NCBI GenBank assembly: GCA_947367845.1
Contig: CANBES010000005.1
Coordinates: 5,072-69,071 of the forward strand
DNA: 64,000 nt
Origin: an uncultured Clostridium sp.
GTDB lineage: Bacteria > Bacillota > Clostridia > TANB77 > CAG-508
Direction of reading: 5' to 3'
Positions 1 to 9,248 of this stretch are shown here, in pieces. The translations under genes were made by a program, and so were the position numbers. The notes below the pieces were generated by a model. That model ran no database searches. It saw only the letters and a program-made list of their open reading frames with translations, and was not told the origin of the DNA. The number at the start of each line of letters is the position of its first letter. The first letter of the stretch is position 1.

Positions 1-619
1 AGAAGGAAAACTAAAAGTATTAAATCTAATTGTAAAAGCAGATGTTCAAGGTTCTGTTGAAGCTGTAAAACAATCATTAGAAAAACTACAAAATGAAGAA
101 GTTAGAGTTAAAGTTATACACGCAGCAGCAGGAGCTGTAAACCAATCAGATGTTACACTTGCAAAAGTTTCAAATGCAATAATCATAGCATTTAATGTAA
201 GACCTGACGCTATGGCAAAAGAAATGGCAGAAAAAGATGAAGTTGAAATTAAACAATATTCTATCATCTACCAAGCAATTGAAGATGTTGAAATGGCTAT
301 GAAAGGTATGTTAGAACCAAAATTTGAAGAAAAAGTTATTGGTAGTGTAGAAGTAAGACAAACATTTAGAATTTCAAATGTTGGAACAATAGCTGGTGCT
401 TATGTATTATCTGGAAAAGTTGAAAGAAATGCTGGAATAAGAGTAATTAGAGAAAATGTTGTTATACATGACGGACATTTATCAACATTAAAAAGATTTA
501 AAGATGAAGTTAAAGAAGTAGGTAAAGGATTTGAATGTGGTATTCAAATTGAAAACTACAATGACATAAAAGAAGGCGATATGCTTGAGATTTATGTTAT
601 GGAAGAAATTAAAAGATAA
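1..619 (+). CDS. infB: translation initiation factor IF-2, C-terminal part (5' end outside window)
   Basis: Frame open from window edge to TAA 617-619. Translation reads [26 protein letters not shown]...[16 protein letters not shown], typical of the IF-2 C-terminus. rbfA and truB follow, as in the conserved cluster. Confidence 0.9.
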   Translation, partial: EGKLKVLNLIVKADVQGSVEAVKQSLEKLQNEEVRVKVIHAAAGAVNQSDVTLAKVSNAIIIAFNVRPDAMAKEMAEKDEVEIKQYSIIYQAIEDVEMAMKGMLEPKFEEKVIGSVEVRQTFRISNVGTIAGAYVLSGKVERNAGIRVIRENVVIHDGHLSTLKRFKDEVKEVGKGFECGIQIENYNDIKEGDMLEIYVMEEIKR

Positions 620-711
620 GCTTGTAAGATAATTGTATTTGGCGTTGTTGCGTTTTGCTTTCAATGCCAAATGCCAATTTTTTTCCAAGCGATAAAGGAA
701 AGGATAGAAAA

Positions 712-1077
712 ATGCCAGAAAATCAAAATAGATTAGGACGTATTGATGAGCAATACAGAAAAGAAATAAGTCAAATTTTAAATTATGAACTAAAAAATCC
801 GAATGTAACAGGCCTAATTAGTGTAACAAAAGTTAAAGTTACAAATGACCTAAAATTTGCAAAAGTATATGTAAGTATTTTAAATTCTAAAAATTTAAAA
901 GATACATTAGCAGGATTAAAAAAATCAGCTGGATTTATTAGAAGCGAATTGGCAAAAAGAGTAAATTTAAGAAATACACCAGAGATCATATTTGAATTAG
1001 ATGATTCATTAGAATATGGTGCTAGAATTGACAGTATCTTAAAAGAAATTATGCCAAAAAAAGAAGAGGAGAAATAA
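712..1077 (+). CDS. rbfA: ribosome-binding factor A
   Basis: ATG at 712 after an AAAGGA RBS. MPENQNRLGRIDEQYRKEISQIL...VTKVKVTNDLKFAKVYVS is typical RbfA. Sits immediately downstream of infB. Confidence 0.9.
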   Translation: MPENQNRLGRIDEQYRKEISQILNYELKNPNVTGLISVTKVKVTNDLKFAKVYVSILNSKNLKDTLAGLKKSAGFIRSELAKRVNLRNTPEIIFELDDSLEYGARIDSILKEIMPKKEEEK

Positions 1078-1078
1078 T

Positions 1079-2038
1079 ATGACGCTAGATGAAATTTTAA
1101 CACAAATAAGATCAAGTGAAAAAATAGTTGTATTAACACACGAATCTCCTGATGGAGATGCGATAGGAAGTAGTTTGGCTATGAAACTTATGCTAGAACA
1201 ATTAGGAAAACAAGCAGATGTAATAATTCCAGAATATTCTAGATTATTTGGATTTTTGCCATCAGCAGACCAAATAAAAGAAAGTTCAGAAATAGCAAAC
1301 TATGACCTAGCAATATCTGTTGACTGTGCAGACTTAAAAAGACTTGCTAAAAGCGAATACTTTGAAAATGCAAAAAGAACAATTGTAATAGATCACCATG
1401 GCAGTAACAAAATGTATGGAGACCTGAACTATGTAAATCCAGTGTCTCCAGCCTGCTGTGAGGTTTTAGTAGGAATGTTTGGATATTTTAATATAGACAT
1501 AACAAAAGAACTAGGAACTTGCCTTGTTACAGGAATTATAACAGATACAGGCGGATTTAGACATGATGGTGTAAACCCAGAAACATTTGAATTTACAGCA
1601 GAATTAATGAGAAAAGGTGTTAATATACCAGATATCTATAAAAGAACACTACGTACAAATACAAAATCAAACTTTTTATTGATGAAAAAAGCAATTGAAA
1701 GAATAGAAATACTAGCAGATGGACAAATAACATATACATATATAACAAAACAAGACGAAGAAGAAGTGAATGCAGAACCAGGTGACCACGAAGGATTAGT
1801 AGAAATTGGTAGAGATATAGAAGGTGTTCAAGTTTCTATATTTGTGAGACAAAAAGATGAAAATACTTATAAAATTTCACTACGCTCAAGTGAAAAAGTA
1901 AATGCTTCAGATGTATGTTTAATGTTCGGTGGTGGTGGACACCCAAGAGCAGCTGGTGCATCAATTCAAGGTGACTTAGAACAAGTAAAGGAAAAAATAG
2001 TAAAAGAAGTGGAAAAAGCATTAAATGCGGAGAAATAA
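1079..2038 (+). CDS. nrnA: DHH/DHHA1 family phosphoesterase (NrnA-like oligoribonuclease/pAp phosphatase)
   Basis: Motifs HESPDGDAIGS, DHHGSN and GGGGHPRAAGA. Position between rbfA and truB. Confidence 0.85.
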   Translation: MTLDEILTQIRSSEKIVVLTHESPDGDAIGSSLAMKLMLEQLGKQADVIIPEYSRLFGFLPSADQIKESSEIANYDLAISVDCADLKRLAKSEYFENAKRTIVIDHHGSNKMYGDLNYVNPVSPACCEVLVGMFGYFNIDITKELGTCLVTGIITDTGGFRHDGVNPETFEFTAELMRKGVNIPDIYKRTLRTNTKSNFLLMKKAIERIEILADGQITYTYITKQDEEEVNAEPGDHEGLVEIGRDIEGVQVSIFVRQKDENTYKISLRSSEKVNASDVCLMFGGGGHPRAAGASIQGDLEQVKEKIVKEVEKALNAEK

Positions 2039-2039
2039 T

Positions 2040-2900
2040 ATGGATGGAATAATAGTAGTAAATAAACCAAAAGGTTGTACTTCACACGACATTGTATATA
2101 AAGTAAAGAAAATAACAAATAGTAAGGTCGGTCACACCGGAACCTTAGACCCAATGGCAACAGGAGTGTTGCCATTACTAATTGGTAAAGGAACTTTATG
2201 TTCTAAATATTTGATAAACCACGATAAGATTTATCAAGCTAAAATTCAATTAGGACAAAAAACAGATACAGCAGATGCAGAAGGTAAAATTATAGAAGAG
2301 CAAGAAATTGGTAATCTAAACCAAGAAAATGTAAGAGAAGTACTAAACACTTTTCTTGGAAAGCAAGAACAAGTGCCACCAATGTATTCTGCTATAAAAG
2401 TAAATGGCAAAAAACTTTATGAATATGCGAGAAAAGGTCAAACAGTAGAAATACAGCCAAGACAAATTGAAATTTATGATATAAAACTAATAGAATTGGA
2501 TAGTGAAAATAAGCAATTACAATTTCAGGTTAGTTGCTCAAAAGGTACATATATTAGGAGCTTGTGTGAAGACATAGCTAAAAGATTAGGTACAGTAGGT
2601 TATATGTGCGAGCTAAATAGAGTTCAAGTTGGAGAGTTTAATATAAGCAATTCTGTAACAGTTGAAGAGTTGCAAGAAAATGTAGATGCGATGGACAAGC
2701 ATTTGATTTCATTAGAGAATTTATTTGAGAATAGACCTATTATAGATTTGAATAGTAGAAAGTTACAACTGTTTTTGAATGGCGTGCAACTTACAGTGCA
2801 AGAGAAGGACGGAGTTTATAGGGTTTACTCTGAGAATAGGTTTGTTGGAATTGCTACGGTAAATAAGGGACTTTTGAAAAGGGATATAGTTGTTTTTTAA
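2040..2900 (+). CDS. truB: tRNA pseudouridine(55) synthase
   Basis: MDGIIVVNKPKGCTSHDIV...GHTGTLDPMATGVLPL catalytic Asp motif. Confidence 0.92.
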   Translation: MDGIIVVNKPKGCTSHDIVYKVKKITNSKVGHTGTLDPMATGVLPLLIGKGTLCSKYLINHDKIYQAKIQLGQKTDTADAEGKIIEEQEIGNLNQENVREVLNTFLGKQEQVPPMYSAIKVNGKKLYEYARKGQTVEIQPRQIEIYDIKLIELDSENKQLQFQVSCSKGTYIRSLCEDIAKRLGTVGYMCELNRVQVGEFNISNSVTVEELQENVDAMDKHLISLENLFENRPIIDLNSRKLQLFLNGVQLTVQEKDGVYRVYSENRFVGIATVNKGLLKRDIVVF

Positions 2901-3045
2901 AAAGTGTATATTAAAATTCTTAAAATTTGTATATTAAATTAGTTAAAAAATGTATACTGACGTTAGTAAGCCAATAATTACTGGAAAAGGAAAAGAAGAA
3001 TTGGTAAATGACTATATTTTTAAGAAAATAAAGAATAAAAGAAAA

Positions 3046-3084
3046 TCACCCTCATATACTTAATTAAAAAGTATAGGAGAGTGA
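3046..3084 (+). promoter_or_regulatory. hairpin that can sequester the RBS of the 3090 gene
   Basis: TCACCCTCATATACTT (3046-3061) pairs with AAGTATAGGAGAGTGA (3069-3084), which contains the AGGAG RBS. Confidence 0.35.
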
Positions 3085-3089
3085 TTTAA

Positions 3090-3935
3090 TTGTATTATAT
3101 CCAAGAAACTGACAAGCCTAACCTAATAACAAAACTATTCAACATAGTACAAACAAAAGGGGACAAACTAATACTGCCAATAGGACAAGAAGAAATAAAA
3201 ACAAAAAAAGCAGAAAAACTAGCACAAAAAACAATAAAAATACTAGAAAAAACAAACAGCAAAAAAGTAGTACTAAGTAAAAAAATAAGCAAACAAGAAG
3301 AATACACAAATTTTTTACACAGTTATGGAGCAAAAATAATAGAAGGGAAATGGCTATTCAAAGCACTAACACTAAAAGTATTAGATTACATAGTAGAAAA
3401 AAAGAGACTAAAAAAAGAAGAATTGCAAGTATCAATACTAATAAACGAAATAGAGCCAAATATGTTAGAAAACATAAAAGAAATAGTAAAACAATATAAA
3501 AGAATAAACATAGTAACAAATCACTTTGAAAAATTTAAAAAAATAGAACAACAAATTTTCGATGAAGACGGAATTATGATTACAGTAACGAACAACAAGA
3601 AGAAAAGTCTTTCAAAAGCTAAACTTATTTTAAACGTTGACTTCCCAAAAGAACTAATTAATAAGTATAGAATTTTTGAAGAAGCAATTATTGTGAATTT
3701 ATGTGGAAATGTGGCAATATCAAGCAAAAGATTTAATGGTATTAATATAGTGGATTATGAAATAGATTATACAAGTGATGAAGAATTTGATTTTGATAAG
3801 GAAAATTTGTATGAAAAGAAAAAGATTTATGAGGCGCAGACTTATCAAAATAGGACATTTGATTATTTACAAAATAAGTTTTTGAAGGACAAGGTTAAAA
3901 TTAAGTATTTACAGGCAAATAATAGCATTTTATAA
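3090..3935 (+). CDS. hypothetical protein (K/E-rich, 281 aa)
   Basis: Long ORF with a TTG start 6 nt after a GGAGAG RBS. No family recognised. Confidence 0.6.
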   Translation: MYYIQETDKPNLITKLFNIVQTKGDKLILPIGQEEIKTKKAEKLAQKTIKILEKTNSKKVVLSKKISKQEEYTNFLHSYGAKIIEGKWLFKALTLKVLDYIVEKKRLKKEELQVSILINEIEPNMLENIKEIVKQYKRINIVTNHFEKFKKIEQQIFDEDGIMITVTNNKKKSLSKAKLILNVDFPKELINKYRIFEEAIIVNLCGNVAISSKRFNGINIVDYEIDYTSDEEFDFDKENLYEKKKIYEAQTYQNRTFDYLQNKFLKDKVKIKYLQANNSIL

Positions 3936-3956
3936 ATTAAAATTTATGGATAAAAA

Positions 3957-3985
3957 GGCAATGTCACCAAATGTCCCAAAAATGG
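3957..3985 (-). repeat. GGGGAC-core repeat, type B, partial
   Basis: GGCAATGTCACCAAATGTCCCAAAAATGG. Matches the distal half of type B. Confidence 0.6.
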
Positions 3986-4074
3986 AGTGAATTTTGTGAA
4001 AAAAGCTTTTCTTTTTTTCGAAAATGTAATATAATAAGTTTGCGAAAATTTTAAATTGGCAAGGAGGGAATAAA

Positions 4075-6741
4075 ATGCCAAGTAACAATAAAGGGAATAA
4101 AGCAAGACCAAATAAAATACACAAAAATAAAAAGAGACATACAAGAAATTCAGCAATGAAAAATGAAAATGAAAAAACAACTAGAAGACCACAAGTAAAG
4201 AAAACAAGAAGTGGAAATAAAAAGAAAAAATCACATCCAAAATTAATGATGGCAATAAAAATAGCAATAGTAATCTTTTTGTTATTAGCAGTAATAGGAG
4301 CAGGAATAATAGCAGGAATATTTTTTGGACTATTTGGTGACGATTTTGAAATAGGAAAAGATGAACTAAAAATAGCAGCATCAAATTCAGTAATAGTAGA
4401 TGCAAATGGCTCAGTAATAGCTAACTTAAGTGGAGACGAAAAAAGAAAAGTAATAACATTAGACGAAATGGCAGACTACTTACCAAAGGCGTATGTAGCA
4501 ATAGAAGATGAAAGATTTTATAAACATAGTGGAGTAGACTTTAAAAGAACAGCAGGAGCAATAGTAACAACATTAATAGGAAAAAATACATATGGTGGAA
4601 GTACAATTACGCAACAATTAGTAAAAAATATAACAAAAGATGATGAATCATCAGGAATGGCAGGAATATTCAGAAAAGTAAAAGAATGGGCAAAAGCATA
4701 TCAAGTAGAAAGAATGATATCAAAAGACCAAATACTAGAACTATACCTAAACATACTATTTGTTGGAGGAGAAGGAAACTTACATGGAGTAGAATTAGGT
4801 GCTGAATATTACTTTAATAAAAGTGCAAAAGATTTAAGCTTAGTAGAATGTGCGTATTTAGCGGGAATAAATAGCAGACCAACATATTATAACCCATACA
4901 AACTAGCATCTGATACAGACACAGAAGAAAAAAGAGCAGAAAGAATAAAATCAAAAATACTAACAGTATTAGCTAAAATGAAAGAATTAGGATATATAGA
5001 AAATGAAGAAGAATACAACCAAGCAGTAGAACAAGCAAATGCAGGGTTAAAGTTTGAAAAAGGATCAATAGCTAGTGGAAGTAATCATTCTTACCATACA
5101 GATGCAGTAATAGACCAAGTAATAAGACAGGTAATGGAAGATAAAGATATATCAAGAACATTAGCAGAGAACTATGTATATAGTAGTGGATTAACTATTT
5201 ACTCAACTGTAGATCCTGAAATACAAGCAAGAGTAGAAGAAGAAACTAAAAAAGCACAATACATAAAACCAGGGCACGAAAAAAACAAAGATGGAACATT
5301 GCTAAATGAACAAACTCAAGCTGCGATGGTAATAATAGACAACAAAACAGGATATGTACTAGGAGTTTCAGGAGGATTAGGAGAAAAAGCAATATCAGGA
5401 TTGAACAGAGGAACACAATCAGCAAGACAACCAGGTTCATCAATAAAGCCAATAGCAGATATAGCACCAGCATTACAAGAAAAAGTAATTACAACATCAA
5501 CAATGTATACAGACGAGCTTACAGACTTTGGTGGAGGATATAAGCCAAAAAATGAAGAAAATTACTTAGGAAATATAAATATCAGAACAATACTTGCAAA
5601 ATCACAAAACGTACCAGAAGTAAAAATAATGAGAGAATTAACACCAGGAAAATCAATTGATTATTTAAGAAACTTTGGAGTAACAACATTAACAAAATCA
5701 AGTGAAGTTGAAAGTAGCAAACCAAACGACGAACACTTATCACTTGCAATAGGTGGATTATCAGAAGGAATTAGTCCATTAGAAATGGCAGCAGCATATG
5801 CAGCAATTGCAAACAATGGAGAATATATAGAACCAACATTCTATACAAAAGTAGTAGACGCAAATGGAGATACAGTATTAACACCAACACAAGAAAAGAG
5901 AAGAGTTATATCAGAACAAAATGCATATATAACAAGTACTATAATGCAAGGAACAGTAAAAGCAGGTGGAACAGCACCATATTGTGCTATAACAGGAATG
6001 GATGTAGCAGCAAAAACAGGAACAACTGATGGACACAAAGATAGATGGCTATGTGGATTTACACCATACTATTCAGCAGCTTGTTGGTTTGGATATGACA
6101 GCCCAGAAGAAGTTGTACGAAGAGAATATTCAGCTAACCCAGCAGCATTAATTTGGAGTTCAGTAATGAAAGATATTCATAAAGGATTAGCATCTGCAAC
6201 ATTTACAAAACCAAATGGAATAGTAGAACAAAAAGTATGTTCATTAACAGGTGGATTGGCAACAGCAGGATGTCCATCATATACAGAAATATTTACAGCT
6301 GACAATTTGCCAGAAGAATGTCAAGGACATGGAAGTCAAGCTATATGTTCAGAAACAAATAAAATAGCAACAGAATATTGTTCACAATATGTAACAGTAA
6401 CAAACAAGCCATATGGTGGACTGTTACCAAAAGAACAATTAAACTTGTGGAAACCAGTAAGCGGAGCAACTACTGCAGGTAGCGGAAAAGTAGAAGATAC
6501 ATGTAATGTTCATACAAAACCAAAAGAAGTAGAAAAACCACAAGAACAGCCAAAACCAAATACGTCAACAAATACAAATGAAAATACAACAAGTGGAAAT
6601 ACAACAGGAGGCAACTCAACAGGTGGAGGAACAACAGGTGGAAATACAACAGGAGGAAACTCTACAAGTGGCGGAACAACAGGTGGAGACAACACAGGTG
6701 GAAGTGGAACTGATGAAAATCCAGAAGAAGGAAAAGAATAA
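4075..6741 (+). CDS. penicillin-binding protein 1A (bifunctional glycosyltransferase/transpeptidase)
   Basis: EDERFYKHSGVD and GGSTITQQLVKN (GT51 domain); SSIKP and KTGTT (transpeptidase). Basic N-terminal tail plus one TM segment; T/G/N-rich C-terminal tail. Confidence 0.92.
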   Translation: MPSNNKGNKARPNKIHKNKKRHTRNSAMKNENEKTTRRPQVKKTRSGNKKKKSHPKLMMAIKIAIVIFLLLAVIGAGIIAGIFFGLFGDDFEIGKDELKIAASNSVIVDANGSVIANLSGDEKRKVITLDEMADYLPKAYVAIEDERFYKHSGVDFKRTAGAIVTTLIGKNTYGGSTITQQLVKNITKDDESSGMAGIFRKVKEWAKAYQVERMISKDQILELYLNILFVGGEGNLHGVELGAEYYFNKSAKDLSLVECAYLAGINSRPTYYNPYKLASDTDTEEKRAERIKSKILTVLAKMKELGYIENEEEYNQAVEQANAGLKFEKGSIASGSNHSYHTDAVIDQVIRQVMEDKDISRTLAENYVYSSGLTIYSTVDPEIQARVEEETKKAQYIKPGHEKNKDGTLLNEQTQAAMVIIDNKTGYVLGVSGGLGEKAISGLNRGTQSARQPGSSIKPIADIAPALQEKVITTSTMYTDELTDFGGGYKPKNEENYLGNINIRTILAKSQNVPEVKIMRELTPGKSIDYLRNFGVTTLTKSSEVESSKPNDEHLSLAIGGLSEGISPLEMAAAYAAIANNGEYIEPTFYTKVVDANGDTVLTPTQEKRRVISEQNAYITSTIMQGTVKAGGTAPYCAITGMDVAAKTGTTDGHKDRWLCGFTPYYSAACWFGYDSPEEVVRREYSANPAALIWSSVMKDIHKGLASATFTKPNGIVEQKVCSLTGGLATAGCPSYTEIFTADNLPEECQGHGSQAICSETNKIATEYCSQYVTVTNKPYGGLLPKEQLNLWKPVSGATTAGSGKVEDTCNVHTKPKEVEKPQEQPKPNTSTNTNENTTSGNTTGGNSTGGGTTGGNTTGGNSTSGGTTGGDNTGGSGTDENPEEGKE

Positions 6742-6753
6742 ATAAAGGTTTGA

Positions 6754-6788
6754 AAATTGCCAAAAAGGACCGTCCCTTTTGGCAATTT
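6754..6788. repeat. GGGGAC-core palindromic repeat, type A, half unit
   Basis: AAAATTGCCAAAAAGGACCGTCCCTTTTGGCAATTT. Lies between the PBP1A stop and the cysS RBS. Confidence 0.85.
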
Positions 6789-6809
6789 CGAACAAGAAAA
6801 GGAGTAGAT

Positions 6810-8192
6810 ATGGATATATACTTATACAATACATTAACAAGAAGCAAAGATAAATTTATACCAATAGATGAGAAAGAAGTAAGAATGTATTCTTGTGGGC
6901 CAACAGTATATAAAGATGCAACAATTGGAAATATGAGAACAAATATATTTCAAGATGTTTTAAGAAGAGTATTACGCTATAACGGATATAAAATAAAACA
7001 TGCAATGAATATAACAGATGTTGGTCACTTAGTTTCAGATGCTGATGAAGGCGAAGATAAGATGTTAAAATCTGCAAGGGAAGAACATAAATCACCATAT
7101 GAAATTGCAGATTATTATACAAAATTATTTTTTAAAGACTTAGCAATGCTAAATATAGAAACACCAGAAATTGTATGTAAAGCAACAGACCATATCAAAG
7201 AAATGCTAGAATTTGTAAAAAAATTAGTAGAAAAAGATTTTGCGTATGAAACATCAACAGCAATATATTTTGATATATCAAAATTAGACAAATATCCAGT
7301 ATTATCAAACTTAAATGTAGAAGAACAAAAAGCAGGAGCAAGAGTAGAAGTTGACCCAGAAAAGAGAAATCCATATGATTTTGCATTATGGATAAAAGCA
7401 CCTGAAAACCATTTAATGAAATGGGATAGTCCTTGGGGACCAAGCTATCCAGGATGGCATATAGAATGTTCGGCAATGGGAAGAAAATATTTAGGAGAAC
7501 AATTTGATATACATACAGGTGGAATTGACTTAATACCAACACATCACGAAAATGAAATAGCACAAAGCAAAGGAATTTGCGGAAAAATCCCAGCGAATTA
7601 TTGGGTTCATGGAGAATATCTACTAATAGACAATGGAAAAATGTCAAAAAGTTTAGGAAATGTATACTTGATGAAGGATTTTGTCGAAAGAGGATACAAC
7701 CCAATAGTATATAAGTTATTCAGTTATTCTTGCCATTACAGAAACAAACTAAACTTTACTTGGGACGGAATTGAGGCGGCATCAAAATCATTAGAAAGAC
7801 TAAAAAATGGATATCAAATGCATATGCAAGGAAAAGATGAAATTGAAGACAAAACTGTTGAAGAATATGAAGAAAAATTCCATAAAGCAATAAATGACGA
7901 CCTAAATATGCCATTAGCGATGGGAACAGTCTGGGAAGTTGTAAGAAACGAAAAGAAAAATCCAAAACTTGCTGAATTATTGATAAAATTTGATACAGTA
8001 TTAGGACTAGAAATAGATAAAAAAGAAGAACAAGAAGAAATACCACAAGAAATTTTAGATTTAGTAGAACAAAGAAAACAAGCAAGAGAGAATAAAGATT
8101 GGACAAAATCAGATGAATTAAGAGACTTAATTCAAAACAAAGGATATGAGATAAAAGATAGCAAAGAAGGAACAGAAGTAAAAAGAAAATAG
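6810..8192 (+). CDS. cysS: cysteine--tRNA ligase
   Basis: ATG 6810 after an AAGGAG RBS. Motifs MYSCGPTVY, HLGN-like NITDVGH and KMSKSLGN. The ORF-track extension to 6750 merely reads through a repeat element. Confidence 0.92.
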   Translation: MDIYLYNTLTRSKDKFIPIDEKEVRMYSCGPTVYKDATIGNMRTNIFQDVLRRVLRYNGYKIKHAMNITDVGHLVSDADEGEDKMLKSAREEHKSPYEIADYYTKLFFKDLAMLNIETPEIVCKATDHIKEMLEFVKKLVEKDFAYETSTAIYFDISKLDKYPVLSNLNVEEQKAGARVEVDPEKRNPYDFALWIKAPENHLMKWDSPWGPSYPGWHIECSAMGRKYLGEQFDIHTGGIDLIPTHHENEIAQSKGICGKIPANYWVHGEYLLIDNGKMSKSLGNVYLMKDFVERGYNPIVYKLFSYSCHYRNKLNFTWDGIEAASKSLERLKNGYQMHMQGKDEIEDKTVEEYEEKFHKAINDDLNMPLAMGTVWEVVRNEKKNPKLAELLIKFDTVLGLEIDKKEEQEEIPQEILDLVEQRKQARENKDWTKSDELRDLIQNKGYEIKDSKEGTEVKRK

Positions 8193-8204
8193 GAGTGTGA
8201 GAAA

Positions 8205-9215
8205 ATGGCAGTATTATTACCAGGCGGATTAGGATATATAGGAAGCCATACAGCAGTAGAGTTGTTAAACGAAGGGAAAGAAGTTATCATTCTTGATAAT
8301 TTTTCTAATAGTAAACCAGATGTAATCGAAAAAATTGAAAAAATATCAGGAAAGAAAATCAAATTTTATGAAGCGGATTATTTAGAAAGAGAAAAAGTAG
8401 AAAAAATATTTGAAGAAAACAAAATAGAAGCAGTAATCAATTTTGCAGGATATAAAGCAGTTGGAGAATCTGTAAAAGAACCACTAAAATATTATCATAA
8501 TAATATAACAGGATGCCTAATATTACTAGAAACAATGAAAAAATATGGAGTTAAAAAATTCATATTTAGTTCATCAGCAACAGTATATGGAGATCCAGAA
8601 GTAGTGCCAATTACAGAAGAAACTAAAACTGGTGGAACAACAAATCCATATGGTACAACAAAATTGTTTATTGAACAAATATTAAAAGATGCATACAATG
8701 CAGACAATACATTAGATATATGTATTTTAAGATATTTTAATCCAATAGGGTCACATGAAAGTGGTTTAATAGGGGAAAATCCACAAGGAATTCCAAATAA
8801 TTTAATGCCATATGTAGTTAGAGTCGCAAGTGGAGAATTAAAAGAATTATCAGTATTCGGAAATGACTACAACACACCAGACGGAACAGGGGTAAGAGAC
8901 TACATACATGTAGTTGACTTAGCAAAAGGACATGTAAAAGCACTAAATAAATTAGATAAAGAACAAAAAGGACTATATATATATAATTTAGGAACAGGAA
9001 AAGGTACAAGTGTTTTAGATATAGTAAAAGCATTTGAAAAATCAACAGGAGAAAAAGTAGCATATAAAATAGTAGAAAGAAGATCTGGCGATATTGCTGA
9101 ATGTTATGCCGATGCTTCAAAGGCAAAAAAAGAATTAGGTTGGGAAGCTACAAAGACAATAGAAGATATGTGTAGAGATTCTTGGAATTATATTAAAAAC
9201 AAAAACGCAAAATAA
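8205..9215 (+). CDS. galE: UDP-glucose 4-epimerase
   Basis: GGLGYIGSH Rossmann motif, SSSATVYG, YGTTK and overall GalE-like sequence. Confidence 0.88.
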   Translation: MAVLLPGGLGYIGSHTAVELLNEGKEVIILDNFSNSKPDVIEKIEKISGKKIKFYEADYLEREKVEKIFEENKIEAVINFAGYKAVGESVKEPLKYYHNNITGCLILLETMKKYGVKKFIFSSSATVYGDPEVVPITEETKTGGTTNPYGTTKLFIEQILKDAYNADNTLDICILRYFNPIGSHESGLIGENPQGIPNNLMPYVVRVASGELKELSVFGNDYNTPDGTGVRDYIHVVDLAKGHVKALNKLDKEQKGLYIYNLGTGKGTSVLDIVKAFEKSTGEKVAYKIVERRSGDIAECYADASKAKKELGWEATKTIEDMCRDSWNYIKNKNAK

Positions 9216-9248
9216 TATATGAAAAATCAGAAAATAGGGGGAAAATAA

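Noticed and set aside
6540-6738. T/G/N-rich tandem low complexity at the PBP1A C-terminus (TTGGNSTGGGTTGGN...).
   Set aside because: It is a common disordered tail in Firmicute class-A PBPs. It is noted in the feature but is not considered unusual.
6750-6809. 5' extension of cysS, plus similar ORFs that encode PFWQF, GDGPFWQF or SQNGQNVQKETSP peptides (6510-6785(-), 12449-12715(-), 35591-35845(-), 51438-51683(-), 51976-52203).
   Set aside because: The recurring peptides are translations of the GGGGAC-core repeats in open frames, not a protein family. The real start codons with RBS lie downstream.
7195-7704. Long antisense ORFs rich in L/F/I/H opposite confident genes. Examples: 7195-7704(-), 11914-12447(-), 23380-23910(-), 27676-28155(-), 44416-44946(-), 59640-60260(-), 31578-31991(-).
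   Set aside because: They are shadow frames of AT-rich, purine-skewed coding strands. They have low-complexity composition, no RBS and no recognisable domains, while the opposite strand carries textbook motifs.
6742-9248. T-box or riboswitch leaders upstream of cysS and argS (and glmM, fhs).
   Set aside because: The intergenic gaps are too short (about 30-70 nt) and are occupied by repeats or an RBS. No specifier or antiterminator-like structure was seen.
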